Positions 33,642 to 54,827 of a DNA stretch of 64,000 bases are shown one piece after another. The notes beneath the pieces were generated by a model. That model was not told the DNA's origin. It ran no database searches and saw nothing but the letters and a program-made list of their open reading frames with translations. Position 1 is the first letter of the stretch; every line of letters begins with the position of its first letter. Location of the stretch: assembly GCF_009914755.1 (NCBI RefSeq), contig NC_060927.1; one strand, 5' to 3'. Origin of the DNA: the human T2T-CHM13v2.0 reference genome, Homo sapiens. Position numbers and translations under genes: made by a program.

Positions 33642-33814
33642 TGTACTTTAGCAGCCTTACCTCTGGTATTACTGTGTTGACCAAGACAGCCTCTGGTTCC
33701 TAAGGTGCTTGCAGTCTATTGCAGAAGACAGTCTAGTAATTTTAAAATATGAAACAAATGCTAGTAAAGAAATAACTATAAGGCACTGAAAAAAGGGGCT
33801 TATTTAGGCTAGGT

Positions 33815-34110
33815 GGTGTCCAATTAAAATATGATACAAGCCACATATAGTTTTGAGTTTTCTTTTAGACACATAAAGTTAAAAAATGAAACTAATTTCA
33901 ATAGTATATTCTGTTTAACTGAATATGTCCAAAATATTATTTCACATGTAACCAATATAAAAATATTACTAAGATATTTTACTTTTTATCCATACTAAGC
34001 CTTCAAAATCTGGTGTATTTTACACTTTCAGTACATCTAAATTCAGACTAGCTATAATTCAAGTGCTCAATAACTAGGCATAGTTGGTGGCTATCATATT
34101 GGGCATCATA
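33815..34110. mobile_element. MER33-like hAT fossil inside L2 sequence
   Basis: tgtccaat...aatctggtgtatttacact...caagtgctcaata..gtggcta..atattgg pattern. Confidence 0.6.
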
Positions 34111-34380
34111 GGTCTAGAAGGTTCAGGAACTGCTTCTCTCGGGGGATATCAGTTTGAGATTTGAAAGACAAATAGAAGTTAGCAATGGAGAGGAGTTTAG
34201 AAAGGGCACTTTAGGCAAAGGAAATGGGGTTACAGAGGTGTATTGTGACAGAATCGTGGCACCATTTGTACTGTAAATGGCGTAGTATGATGGTGTGTAC
34301 TGTAAAGATGGGTGAATTCGGACTTTCTCCCAAGGGCAATAGAGAAGCATTGAGACAGTACATACAAGAAAATGATAAAT

Positions 34381-34711
<331 letters not shown>

Positions 34712-35583
34712 TTTTTTTTTTTTTTTTTTTAATTTAGACTATTCTAGTTGTGATATGGAGTATTTTTTAGGAGGAGAAAATATTGGAAGTAGGAAATCAA
34801 TTAGACATAATAATGTTGAACAAACATGATGAATGAGAAGATTGCAGAGTTATAAGGGAAAATGGAAAAAATGTCATAATTAATTGAATGTTAAGGGTCA
34901 AAATGGGGAGGCACAGAGTACGAAGAACAGAAAAGAGTCAAATTAAGACTCAACAGTTTATGGTGTAAAAATCTGGGTGAATGGTGGTGAATTTTCATTG
35001 AGATAGAAAATAGAGGAGAAACAGTTTGTGAGGAAAGTCGAGTTCACTTTTGGGCAGATCAAGTTTAAGGTTCCTATGGGAAAGGGAACTATCTGAAGTA
35101 GAGATACATGTTTATGAATCAGTATATAGGTGATGATTAAAGCTATGAAAGTGGAATATTTAGAGGAAGAATGCGCAATGAAAAAAGAGGAGTGAAAAAT
35201 AGAGCCCTGTGCTATTTAAAGGATCACCAGTGGAAGAGGAGAATGAGAAAGAACATTGTATTTCTTAGGGTTTTTTGGTTACAAGCGACAGAAAACAGTT
35301 CCTACCAATTTAAGTAAAAAGCACGTCTTTATAGGAATGATATGGAATAACTACAGGTTTGAAAGGAAGCCTGAAAGGACAGAAACTGTGCAACTTTAGA
35401 GTTTCTGTAGCAAGAACCATTGTATAGTCTCATCTGATGCTGTTAGAATTAACAACCTACAAGTGTTAATACAAAGTCTAAGAGTTAAAGTTCTGGAAGA
35501 TGAAATTCTGGTTGCTCTAGCGTTCATTTCCTGTCCACCCCTTGACAAGGCGCCTTGCTCCAATAGTCCTGTTTCTACCTCTT

Positions 35584-36613
<1,030 letters not shown>

Positions 36614-38083
36614 CTCTGCTTTATATAAAGGAGGTTCGACCATGTTGACTTCTTTTTAAATGGAATAGCACTGGATTTAGAATAGCATTAACCAAACCAG
36701 CAAACTGTCTGACATAGCTGCACAAAAATACAATGACACATATACCTACATCAGCAAATTAAGCCTGATTTAATTTTATTGATCTGATCTCTACGGTTGA
36801 GCACCCTCCGTTTCTAAAATAATTTTAGTATTTTTGACCGTATAAATCAACAAATGCCTGTAACTCATTTTGTGGCCAAACTTTCACTGTCAGGTAGTTT
36901 AATTTCAATTTCAGGTAGTTTAATTTGACTTTCAGTCTCCAAATTGGGATTGGATCCTGGCCTAAGTAACAATGAAGGGTGGAGCATAAGGGAATTAATG
37001 GCTTCCTCCTCAAGGGAGTGACAGTTTCCTCAGGCAAGGCAGATACAGTTGTTTACAAGAAACACTCCTTGTCAGATTATGTGTTGTTGATAGCGTTTAC
37101 AGAGGATTTGGAGGTTTGGAGTACTTCACCTTAGAAGTTGAAGTACATAGATGTCCCCATTTTCCTTGTAGAGCTTTCCCTTATCAGTTGCCTAATGTTT
37201 ACAAATGAGACCAGCAATGCACAGATTCAAACTCTTAAATTTGTTTCAAAGAAATCTTAGCCTATGAGTCAGTATTTTTTTCTTGTTCTAAGATGAAATT
37301 TAGGGAACACATTTCTCATGGTTTAAGTTACCCAATCCTGTCTGAAGTAGTCAGCTCACCCCCAAAGTCCTAAAACTTTTCTCATCCTTTAAACTCTTTA
37401 AATTGTTGAGTGGCAGCAGTTACCAGTTTCATTCAGTTAGAGCTTCATTTTCAGTGGCCATGCAGCCTAAGAGATAATTTGTTGAGCGGTTTCACCACTG
37501 CATAACATAGACTACTATGTTCTGCTTTTGTAATTTGAACTTAGAATTAACGATCTTCTATCCCATCTTGGCTCTATCCAATTCTTAATAACCATATTTG
37601 CAGGATAATGTATGGGCTACAACTCTCTGGTAGATTAGTTAGGGTTCTTGGTTGCAAGCAAAAGAAACAAATTTTTAAAAAGTTAAGCAAAAAGGGAATT
37701 TTACGAAATAGTATGAAGGAGCTGCCACAATTGAGAGAAAGAAGGAAAAACTATGTAGAAAGGAATCAAGCAGCTCTGGGCATCTCGACAGCAAATATGG
37801 CTCTCTCATTGAAACAAAGAAGTTCAAATCGTTTGAGATGATACAGTTGTTTCCTTAGTGGGTGAATGTGTTTTAACTTCGGGAAGGTTAAGAGTTATGT
37901 ATAGAAATAAAGAAATAGGGTACTCTCAGGGGTTTGATGGTACAAATTTGATTTTTAATTATATGTAATATTAAAGATAATTTAGCATATTCAAGTGACG
38001 GTAAGCCTTGAGATTCCAAATTTTAAAATGTATAATTGGGTGATTGGGTTAAACTTGTGGTTTTAAATTGAAGTCTTTCTAAG

Positions 38084-38480
38084 TGCTGTAGTTTGAATGT
38101 TCCCTCCAAAACTCATGTTGAAACTTAATCTGCAATGGGACAGTATTAAGAGGTGAGGCTTTTAAGAGGTGATTGGGTCCTGAGGGCAGAAAGATGGATT
38201 AATGGGTTAATAGATTAATGGGTTGTCACTGGAGTGGGTTAGTTATCACAGAGTGAATCTGTTATAAAAGTCAGTTTGGCATGCTCTTTTCCTTTCCATG
38301 TGATGCCCTCTACCATGTTATGACACAACAAGAAGGTCCTCACCAGAAGCTAACTGAATGGCAACACCATACCTTTGGAATTCCCAGAATCCAGAATTGT
38401 AAGAAATAAATTAATTTTCTTTTAAAAAAAACCCAGTCTCAGGTATTCTGGTATAGCAACAAAAAAACAGACTAAAGACA
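38084..38480 (+). mobile_element. MST-type MaLR solo LTR
   Basis: TG...CA ends. 5-bp TSD CTAAG (38079-38083 / 38481-38485). Confidence 0.85.
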
Positions 38481-39467
38481 CTAAGTTTTAAAATAATATT
38501 GTAACATTTAGAAGATCTTAAGACTCGCCACATTTATGAATTAAATTTATTGTATTTATAAGAGCTGCATTTATACTTGGGAAGGTCTTATTTATTTACC
38601 AGACTATTGAGGTACTTTTAAAAAAAGCAATGTATTGAACTTCTAAATACAATATGTACTGTTTAAGAGTGTTTAGGTTTGTAATTGGGACCAAGCATTC
38701 ACTAAAAGCTCACTTAAAATTGATTAAACTTATGTGCTATATTTGTAAGTAGAATGATGAGATTTATAAGTTGAATTTAAGGAAGTCTCCAGAGGGAAAT
38801 GTAAATCTATTAGAAGGTAGGAAGAACACCTGAAATGGTAAATATATGGGTAAATATAAAATATTATATATTTTTCTTCTAATTTTTTTAAGTCATATGA
38901 TTGTTTAAAAAGCTATAACAATACTGTAATCTGGGGTTTATTACATATGTAGATGTAATGCATATGATAACTAGCACAAAAAATGAGAGGTAAGTGAAAG
39001 TATATTGTTGCAAGGTTTTTAGATTTCATGTGAAGTTTTCTAATACTGCCTCTAAATAGACTAAAATTAGATAACAATGCATACTATAGTTCTTAGAATA
39101 ACCATTAAAAGCAATATAAAGAGGAATCACTAAAAAACAAATGAAATAATTAAAATGGAATTCTAAACAATGTTAGATTTACCACCCCCACCTACAAAAA
39201 AAAGCAGGAAAGTATAAACAAAGAAACAAATCAGATGGGGTAAATAGAAAACAAATAACAAATTGATAAATTTAGCCATATCCATAATTACATTAAATAT
39301 AAATGGATTAAACACTCAAAAGATTGAGATTGTCAAACTAGAGACCACATAAAAGACCCAACTATATGCCATCTATGAGAAACACTTTATAAAGCGTTTT
39401 TAAATATAAAATTTCTTGAAAAATACAACATACCAAAATGGACACAAGGTGAAACAAAATCTTAATA

Positions 39468-39630
39468 TTTATTTATCTATTTGAGATGGAGCCTTGTTTT
39501 GTCATCCAGGCTGGAGTGCAGTGGCGCGACCTCAGCCCACTGCACCTTCTGCCTCCTGGGTTCAAGCAATAGCCTTGCCTCAGTCTGCTGAGTAGCTGGG
39601 ATTATAGGTGCCTGCCACCACGCCCTGCTA

Positions 39631-39668
<38 letters not shown>

Positions 39669-39733
39669 CACACATATATATACACACATATATACACACA
39701 CATATATACACACATATATATACACATATATAT

Positions 39734-39794
<61 letters not shown>

Positions 39795-39905
39795 ATTTTT
39801 TTTTTTTTTTTTTTTAGTGGAGACAGGATTTCACCACGTTGTCCAGGCTGGTCTCAAACTCCTGACCTCAAGTGATCCACTTACGTCGGCCTACCAAAGT
39901 TCTGA
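39468..39905 (-). mobile_element. Alu with a compound microsatellite expanded in its central linker
   Basis: Alu arms separated by (TG)n-(TATACACA)n-(CA)n-(TA)n-T run at 39635-39815. Confidence 0.88.
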
Positions 39906-40267
39906 GATATGTATGGGGAGGGGTCTAACCTCCTTCTCCTCCTTCTTTGACAGAGTTAACAGCTTTTGTCGGGAAACCTGGAAAGCCCAGGTATCTAAAA
40001 CTAAAGCTTCCTAAGTGAAGGAGAAATAAGATCCTTTCCAGATAAGCAAATGTTGAGGGGGTTTGTTACCACCAGAGCTGCCTTAAGATCTCTTGAGATC
40101 TTGAAAGGATCAGTAAATACAGAAAGGAAAGACCACTACCAGCTAAAACAAAAACACACTTAAATACGCAGAGCAGTGACACTATACAGCACCCACACAA
40201 ACAAGCAAGCACAATAATCAGCTAACAGCACAATGACAGGATCAAATCCACACATATCAATACTAAC

Positions 40268-42515
40268 TGATATGGTTTGGCTGTGTCTCCACCCAAGTCT
40301 CATCTTGAATTGTAGTTCCCATAATCTCCACGTGTTATGGGAGGGACCCGATGGCAGGTAATTAAATCATGGGGGTGAGTTTTTCTTTCGCTGTTCTCAT
40401 GATAGTGAACAACTCTCATGTTTTTATAAAGGGCAAATCCCCTGCACATGCTCTCTTGCCTGCCACCATGTAAGATGTGCCTTTGTTCCTCCTTCCCCTT
40501 CCACCATGATTGTGAGGCCTCCTCAAACATGTGAAACTGTGAGTCCCTTAAACCTCTTTTTCTTTATGAATTACCCACTCTCAGGTATGCCTTTATTAGC
40601 AGTGTGAGAACAGACTAATACGGTAAATTGTTATCAGTAGAGGCGGGTGCTGTTATAAGGATACCTGAAAATGTGGAAGTGACTTTGGAACTGGGTAACA
40701 GGCAGAGGCTGGGGCAGTTTGGAGGGCTCAGAAAAAGATAGGGAAATGTAGGAAAGTTTGGAACTTCCTAGAGACTTGTTGAATGGCCTTGACCAAAATG
40801 CTGATAGTGATATGGACAATAAAGTCCAGACTTAGGTGGTTTCAGATGGAGATGAGGAACTTGTTGGGAACTGGAGCAAAGGTGACTCTTATTATGCTTT
40901 AGCAAAGAGATTGGCAGCATTTTGCCCCTGCCCTAGAGATCTATGGAACTCTGAACCTGAGAGAGATGATTTAGAGTATCTGGAGGAAGAAATTTCTAAA
41001 CGGCAAAGGGTTCATCAGGAAGCAGAGCATAAAAGTTTGAAAAATTTGCTGCCTGATGATACAGTAGAAAGAAAAACCTACTTTCTGGGGAGAAATTCAA
41101 GCCCACTGCAGAAATTTGCATGAGTAATGAGGAGCTGAATGTTAATCATCAAGACAATAGGGAAAATGTCTCCAGGGCATGTCAGAGACCTTCGTGGCAG
41201 TCCCTTTCATCACAGGCCCAGATGCCTAGGAGGAAAAAATGGTTTCATGTGCTGGGCCCAGGGACCCCCTGCTGTGTGCAGTCTGGGGACTTGGGATGTC
41301 CTGAATCCTAGCCACTCCAGCTGTGGTTAAAAGGGGCCAAGGTACAACTTGATCCGTGACTTGACAACGGTGCAAGCCCCAAGTCTTGGCAGCTTCCACG
41401 TGGTGTTGAGCCTGTGGGTGCACAGAGGTCAACAATTGAGGTTTGGGAACCTCTGCCTATATTTCAGAGGATGTATGGAACGTCCGGGCAGAAGTTTGCT
41501 GCAGGGACGGATCCCTCATGGAGAAACTCTGCTAGGGCAGTGTGGAAGGGAAATGTGGGGTCAGAGCCTCCACACAGAGTCCCCACTGGGGCACTGCCTA
41601 GAGGAGCTATGAGGCCACCATCCTGCAGACCCCAGAATGGTAGATCCACCAACAGCTTGCACCATGTGCGTGGAAAAGCCATGGGCACTCAACACTAGCC
41701 CATGAAAGCAGCCAGGATGGGGGTCTGTACCCTGCAATACTACAGGAGTGGAACTGCCCAAGGCCTTGGGAACTCACCTCTTGCATCAGTGTGACTTGGA
41801 TGTGAGACATGGAGTCAAAGGAGATCATTTTGGAGCTTTAAGATTTGACTGCCCTGCTGGATTTTGGACTTGCGTGGGGCCTGTAGCCCCTTTGTTTTGG
41901 CCAATTTCTCCCATTTGGAATGGGTTTATTTACCCAATGCCTGTACCCTCATTGTATCTAGGAAGTAACTAACTTGCTTTTGATTTTGCGGGCTCATAGG
42001 CAGAAGGGACTTGCCTTGTCTCAGATGAGACTTTGAACTTGGATTTTTGGGTTAATGCTAGAATGGGCTAAGACTTTGGGGGACTGTTGGAAAGGCATGA
42101 TTGGTTTTGAAATGTGAGGACTTGAGATTTGGGAGGGGCCAGGGTTGGATTGCTATGGTTTGGCTCTGTGTCCCCACCCAAATCTTGTCTTCAGTTGTAG
42201 CTCCCATAATCCCCATGTGTCATGAGAGGGACTCTGTGGGATGTAATTAAATCATGGGGGTAGGTTTTTCTTGTGCTGTTCTCATGATAGTGAATAAGTC
42301 TCATGACACCTAATGATATTATAAAGGGGAGTTCCCCTGCACACGCTCTTTCCTGCTGCCATGAAAGATGTGCCTTTGCTCCTCCTTCACCTTCCACCAT
42401 GATTGTGAGGCCTCCCCAGCCACATGGAATGGTGAGTCCATTAAACCTCTTTTTCTTTATAAATTACCCAGTCTCTGGTATGTCTTTATTAATAGTGTGA
42501 TAACAGGCTCTTAGA
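40268..42515 (+). mobile_element. Complete THE1 MaLR provirus, LTR-int-LTR
   Basis: LTRs at ~40268-40622 and 42151-42515. TSD CTAAC (40263-40267 / 42516-42520). Confidence 0.92.
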
Positions 42516-45299
42516 CTAACCTTGAATGTAACCAGGCTAAATGCCCCACTTAAAAGGTACAGAGTGGCAAGCTGAATAAAAAAAGCAAGACCCAATGGTA
42601 TGCTGTCTTCAGAGACCCATCTCATATGTAATGACACCCATAGGCTCAAGATAAAGGGATGGAGGAAAATATACCAAGCAAATGGGAAACAGAAAAAAGC
42701 AAGGGTTGCAATCCTAATTTCAGACAAGACAGAGTTTAAACCAACAAAGATAAAAAATATATAAAGAAGGGCATTACATAATGGGAAAGTGTTAAATTCC
42801 ACAAGAAGACCTAACTATCCTAAATATATATGTACCAAACACAGGAGCACCCAGATTCATAAAGCAAGTTCTTAGAGACCTAGAAAGAGACATAGACTTC
42901 AACACAATAATAGTGGGAGATTTAAACACTCCACTGACAGTATTAGATCATCCAGGCAGAAAATTAACCAAGATATTCAGGACCTGAACTCAACATTGAA
43001 CCAAATAGATCTGATAGACCTCTACAGAACTCTTCACCCCAAAGCAGCAGAATATATATTCTTCTCATCAGCATATGGCACATACTCTAAAATCGACCAT
43101 ATAATTGTACATACAACAATCCTCAGCAAATACAAAAGAACCAAAATCATACCAAACAGTCTCAGTCCACAGTGCAATAAAAATAGAAGTCAAGACTAAG
43201 AAAATCACTCAAAACCATGCAGTTACATGGAAATTAAACAACATGCTCCTGAATGACTTTTGGATAAATAACAAAATTAAGGCAGAAATCAAGAAGTTCT
43301 TTGAAACTAACGAGAACAAAGATACAACATACCAGAATCTCTGGGAAACAGCTAAGGCAGTGTTAAGAAGGAAATTTATAGCACCACATGTCCACATCAA
43401 AAAGTTGGAAAGATCTCAAATTAACAACCTAACATCACAACTGAAAGAATTAGAGAAGGAAGAGCAAATCAATTCCCAAGGCAGTAGAAGATAAGAAATA
43501 ACCAAAACCAGAGCTAAACTGAAGGAAATCAGTACACCAATAACCATTCAAAAGATCAACAAATCCAGGTGTTTGTTTTTTGAAAAAGTTAATAAGATAG
43601 GCTCAAGCTATAAAGAAGAAAAAGAAAAGATCCAAATATACACAATTAAAAATGACAAAGGGAATGTTACCACTGACTCCACAGAAATAAAAATAACCAT
43701 CAGAAACTACTATGAACACCTCTATGCACACAGACTACAAAACCTAGACTGAACCAGGAAGAAATTGATTCCCTGACGAGACCAATAATGAACTCCAGAA
43801 CTGAATCTGTAATAAATAGCCTACCAACCAAAAAAAGCCCAGGACCAGATGGATATACAGCCAGATTCTATCAGATGTACAATGAAGAGTTGATACCATT
43901 CCTACTGAAACTATTCCAAAAAACTGAGGAGGAGGGACTCCTCCCCAACTCATTCTATGAGGCTAGGATCATTCTAATACCAAAACCTGGCAGAGACACA
44001 ACAAAAAAGAACTTCAGGCCAATATCTTTGATGAACATTGATGCAAAAATCCTCAACAATATACTTGTAAACTAAATCCAGGAGCAAATCAAAAAGCTAA
44101 TCCACCATGATCAAGTAGGCTTCATTCCCAGGATGCAAGATTAGTTCAACATACACAAATCAATAAATGTGATTCATCACATAAACAGAAGTAAAGACCA
44201 AAACCATATGACTGTCTCAATAGATACAGAAAAGGCTTTTGATAAAATTCAACACTGCTTCATGTTAAAAACGCTCAATAAACTAAGCGTTGAAGGAACA
44301 TACCTCAAAATAAGAGCTATCTATGAAAACCCACAGCCAGCATCATAATGCATAGGCAAAACCTAGAAGCACTCACCTTTAAAACCAGCACAAGACAAAG
44401 ATGCCCTCTGTCACCACTCCTATTCAATATAGTATTGGAATTCCTAGCCAGAGCAATCAGGCAAGAAAAGAAATAAAGGGCATCCAAATTGGAAGACAGG
44501 AAGTCAATCTATCCCTGTTTGTAGATGACATGATTCCATAGCTAGGAAACCCCATAGTCTTGGTCCAAAAGCTCCTTGATCTGATAAACAATTTCAGTAA
44601 AGCTTCAGGATACAAAATCATTGTTCAAAAATCACTAGAATTTCTATACACCAACAACAGTCAAGCCGAGAGCCAAAATCAGGAAGGCAATCCTATTCAC
44701 AATGGCCTCGAAAAGAGTAAAATACCTAGGAATACAGCCAACTAGGGAGGCAAAAGAGCTCTACAAGGAGAACTACAAAACACTGCTCAAAGAAATCAGA
44801 GAAGACAGAAACAAACGGAACAACATCCCATGCTAATGGATAGCAAGAATAAACATCAAAATGGCCAGACTGCCTAAAACAGTCTGCAGACTCAGTGCTA
44901 TTCCTATCAAAATACCAATGACATTCTTCACAGAACTTGAAAATATTTTAAAATTCATATGGAACCAAAAAAGAGCCCGGATAGCCAAGGTAATCCTATG
45001 GAAAAAGAACAAAGCTGTAGGCATCACGCTACCCAACTTCAAACTATACTACAGGGCTACAGTAACCAAAACAGCATGGTACTGATACAGAAACAAGCAC
45101 ATAGACCAATGGAACAGCCTAGAGAGCACAGAAATAAGTTGCACACCTATTACTATCTGATCTTCGACAAAGCTGACAAAAACAAGCAATGGTGATAAGA
45201 CTCCCTATTTAATTAATGGAGCTGGGATAACTGGCTAGCCATATGTGGAAGATTGAAGCTGGACCCCTTACCCCTTATACCATATACAAGAATCAACTC

Positions 45300-46870
45300 G
45301 CTCTCCCTCTCCCTCTACCTCTCCCTCTCTCCGTCTCCCCACGGTCTCCCTCTCCCTCTCTCTCCACGGTCTCCCTCTGATGCCGAGCCGAAGCTGAACT
45401 GTACTGCTGCCATCTCGGCTCACTGCAACCTCCCTGCCTGATTCTCCTGCCTCAGCCTGCCGAGTGCCTGGGATTGCAGGCGCGCCCCGCCACGCCTGAC
45501 TGGTTTTCATATTTTTTTGGTGGAGACGGGGTTTTGCTGTGTTGGCTGGGCTGGTCTCCAGCTCCTAACCGCGAGTGATCTGCCAGCCTCGGCCTCCTGA
45601 GTGCCGGGATTGCAGATGGAGTCTCGTTCACTCAGTGCTCAGTGTTGCCCAGGCTGGAGTGCAGTGGCATGATCTCAGCTCGCTACAACCTCCACCTCCC
45701 AGCCGCCTGCCTTGGCCTCCCAAAGTGCCGAGATTGCAGCCTCAGCCTGGCTGCCACCCCGTCTGGGAAGTGAGGAGCGTCTCTGCCTGGCTGCCCATCA
45801 TCTGGGATGTGAGGAGCCCCTCTGCCCGGCTGCCCAGTCTGGGAAGTGAGGAGCGCCTCTTCCTGGCCGCCATCCCGTCTAGGAAGTGAGCGTCTCTACC
45901 CAGCCACCCATCGTCTGAGATGTGGGGAGCGCCTCTGCCCCGCTGCCCCGTCTGGGATGTGAGGAGCACCTCTGCCCGGCTGCGACCCCATCTGGGAGGT
46001 GAGGAGCGTCTCTGCCCGGCCACCCCGTCTGAGAAGTGAGGAGCCCCTCCACCCGGCAGCCGCCCCGTCTGAGAAGTGAGGAGCCCCTCCACCCGGCAGC
46101 CACCCCGTCAGGGAAGTGAGGAGCATCTCCGCCTGGCAGCCGCCCCATCTGACAAGCCGCCCCATCCGGGAGGGAGGTGGGGGGCAGCCCCCGCCCGGCC
46201 AGCCGCCCCGTCCGGGAGGGAGGTGGGGGGCAGCCCATGCCCAGCCAGCAGCCCCGTCCGGGAGGTGGGGGCTGCCTCTGCCCGGCTGCCCCTTCTGGGA
46301 AGTGAGGAGCCCCTCTGCCCGGCCGCCACCCCATCTGGGAGGTGTACCCAACAGCTCATTGAGAATGGGCCATGATGACGATGGCAGTTTTGTCGAATAG
46401 AAAAGGGGGAAATGTGGGGAAAAAATAGAGAAATCAGATTGTTGCTGTGTCTGTGTAGAAAGAAGTAGACATAGGAGACTCCATTTTGTTCTGTACTAAG
46501 AAAAATTCTTCTGCCTTGGGATGCTGTTAATCTATAACCTTACCCCCAACCCTGTGCTCTCTGAAACATGTGCTGTGTCCACTCAGGGTTAAATGGATTA
46601 AGGGTGGTGCAAGATGTGCTTTGTTAAACAGGTACTTGAAGGCAGCATGCTCGTTAAGTGTCATCACCACTCCCTAATCTCAAGTACCCAGGGACACAAA
46701 CACTGTGGAAAGCCTCAGGGTCCTCTGCCTAGGAAAACCAGAGACCCTTGTTCAATTGTTTATCTGCTGACCTTCCCTCCACTATTGTCCTATGACCCTG
46801 CCAAATCCCCCTCTGCGAGAAACACCCAAGAATGATCAATAAATACTAAAAAAAAAAAAAAAAAAAAAAA
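45300..46870 (+). mobile_element. Full-length SVA (older, SVA_B-like)
   Basis: CCCTCT hexamers, Alu-like region, VNTR, SINE-R, AATAAA 46838-46843 and poly(A). TSD AAGAATCAACTC (45288-45299 / 46871-46882). Confidence 0.95.
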
Positions 46871-47252
46871 AAGAATCAACTCAAGATGGATTAAAGACCT
46901 AAATGTAAAACCTAAAACTATAGAAACCCTGGAAGACAACCTAGGCGGTATCATCCTAGACATAGGAATGGAGAAAAATTTCCTGAAGAAGACACCAAGA
47001 GCAGTTGCAACAAAAGCAAAAATTGAAAAATGAGCTCTAATTTAACTGAAGAGCTTTTGACAGCAAAACAAACAAACAAACAAAAAAACTATCAACAGAG
47101 TAAACAGCCTGTAGAATGGGAGAAAATATTTGCAAACTATGCATCTGACAAAGGTCTAATACCAAGCATCTATAACAAACTTAAACAAATTTACAAATGA
47201 AAAGCAAACAACCTCATTAAAAATTGGGGGAAGGACATGAACAGACACTTTT

Positions 47253-52606
<5,354 letters not shown>

Positions 52607-53589
52607 GAACAGACACTTTTCAAAGGAAGACATACATGCAGCCAACATACATATGAAAAAAAGCTCAATGTCACCATTTGTTAGAGAAATACAAGTCAAA
52701 ACCACAATGAGATACCTTGTCACACTAGTCAGAGTGGCGATTACTAAGTAAAAAAATTACAGATGCTGGCAAGGTTGCAGAGAAAAGAGAACACGTATAC
52801 ATTGGTGGGAGTGTAAATTAGTTTAACCTTTGTGGAAAGCAATGTGGTGATTCATGAAAGAGCTAAAAGCAGAACTACCGTTTGACCCAGCAGTCCCATT
52901 ACTGGATGTATACCCAGAGGAATATAAATCATTCTGCCATAAAGACACATACATACACGTGAATATTCATTGCAGCACTATTCACAAAAGCATGGAATCA
53001 ATCTAAATGCCCATCAGTGACAGATTGGATAGAGAAAATATGGCACATACACACCGTGGAATACTATGCAGCCTAAAAAAGAATGAGATCATGTCTTTTG
53101 TGGGAACATGGATGGAGCTCAAGGCTGTTATCTTTAGCAAACTAATGCAGGAACAGAAATTCGAATACCACATGTTGTCACTTATAAGTGGGAGCTAAAT
53201 GATGAGAACTCATGAGCACAAAGAAGGGAACAACAGATACTGGTCTATCTGAGATTAGAGGATGGGAGGAGGGAGAAGGGTAGAAAAGTTAACTATTGGG
53301 TACTGGGCATCATACCTGGGTGATGAAATAATTTGTACAACAAACCCCTGTGACATGAGTTCACCTGTGTGACAAACCTTCACATGTACACCTGAACCTA
53401 AAATAAATGTCTTTTTTTTTAAAGGAACAAAATTAAAAGTGTTTGTGCCTCAAAGGACACCATCAAGAAAGTGAAAAGAAAACCTACTGAAAGGGAGAAA
53501 ATATTTCTCATATATATACATATCATATCTAATACATAAAATACCTGATAAGGGATTTCTATCTATACTATGTAAAGAACTGTTACAAG

Positions 53590-53921
53590 GGCCAGGGGCA
53601 GTGGCTCACACCTGTAATCCTATCATTTTGGGAGGCCGAGGCAGATGAATCACTTGAGGTCAGGAGTTTGAGACCAGCCTGGCCAACATGGCGAAACCCC
53701 GTCTCTAATAAAAACACAAAAATTAGCCAGGAATGGTGGTGCACTCCTATAATCCCAGCTACTCAGGAGGTGGAGGCTGGAGAATCTCTTGAACCCAGGA
53801 GGCGGAGGCTGGAGAATCGTTTGAACCCAGGTGGGAGAGATTGCAATATGCCGAGATTGTGCCACTGCACTCCAGCCTGGGTCACAGAGCAAGGCTCCAT
53901 CTCAAAGAAAAAAAAAAAAAA
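53590..53921 (+). mobile_element. Alu with an internal 32-bp tandem duplication, inside old L1M sequence (~53420-55190)
   Basis: CAGGAGG(T/C)GGAGGCTGGAGAATC..TTGAACC repeated at 53764 and 53796. Confidence 0.85.
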
Positions 53922-54709
53922 GAACTGTTTTAAGTCAACAATAAAGACAACCCAATTAAAAAATGGGCAAACAGTTTCAATAAACATTTCTCCAAAGACT
54001 ACATAGAGATGGCCAATAGGCAAATAAAAAAATGCTTAACATCATTAGTTATTGGGGAATGCATATCAAAACTACAATGAGATACTTCTTTGCACCCAGT
54101 AAGATGTCTAAAATGAAAAACACAGACAATATCAAGTGTTGACAAAGATTAAAGAAATTGGAGCTCTCATACATTGTAAAATGGTGCAGCTGCTTTGGAA
54201 AAGTTTGTCAGTTTCTCAAAATGTTAAACTTAGAGTCAGCATGTGACCTAGCAATTCTATACCTTGATATATGCCTAAGAAAATTGAGAATGTACGTTTA
54301 TCAAAAAACTCGTAGGCTGATGTTCATAACAGCATACTCACAATAGTAAAAAAGTGGAAACCACCCAGACATCAACTGATGGATGAATAAATGAAATGTG
54401 GTATTCTGTAATGGAATATTCAGCAATAAAAAGGAATGAAGTACTTATATATAGATCAGACTTGAAAAATTGTACAGTGTAAAAGAAACCAGTCACAAAA
54501 GGCTGAATCTTCTATAATTCCAGTTAAGTGAAGTGCTCAGAATAGGCAAATCTATAGGTTAGTGGTTGTCAATGCTTGGGTAGAGGGGAGAATTTAGGAG
54601 TGACTAGTAATGGTACAAGGTTTTTTTTGGTGATGATAGTTTACTGAAATTAGATAATGTTGATGGTTGCACAATGCTGAATATACTAAAAACCATTGAA
54701 TTATATTTT

Positions 54710-54827
54710 AAAACGATGAATTTTATGGTAAGGGAATTATATCAACAAGTTTGTTACTTAAAATACTTTAAAAGGATGAAATTTATAGTAAGGGAATTAT
54801 ATATCAATATATCTGTTACTTAAAAAA
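54710..54827. repeat. Diverged ~60-bp tandem duplication
   Basis: AAAA(C/G)GATGAA.TTTAT.GTAAGGGAATTATAT...TGTTACTTAAAA occurs twice. Confidence 0.8.

Noticed and set aside
45253-46835. Many overlapping repetitive ORFs
   Set aside because: They are translations of the SVA VNTR, Alu-like and SINE-R regions.
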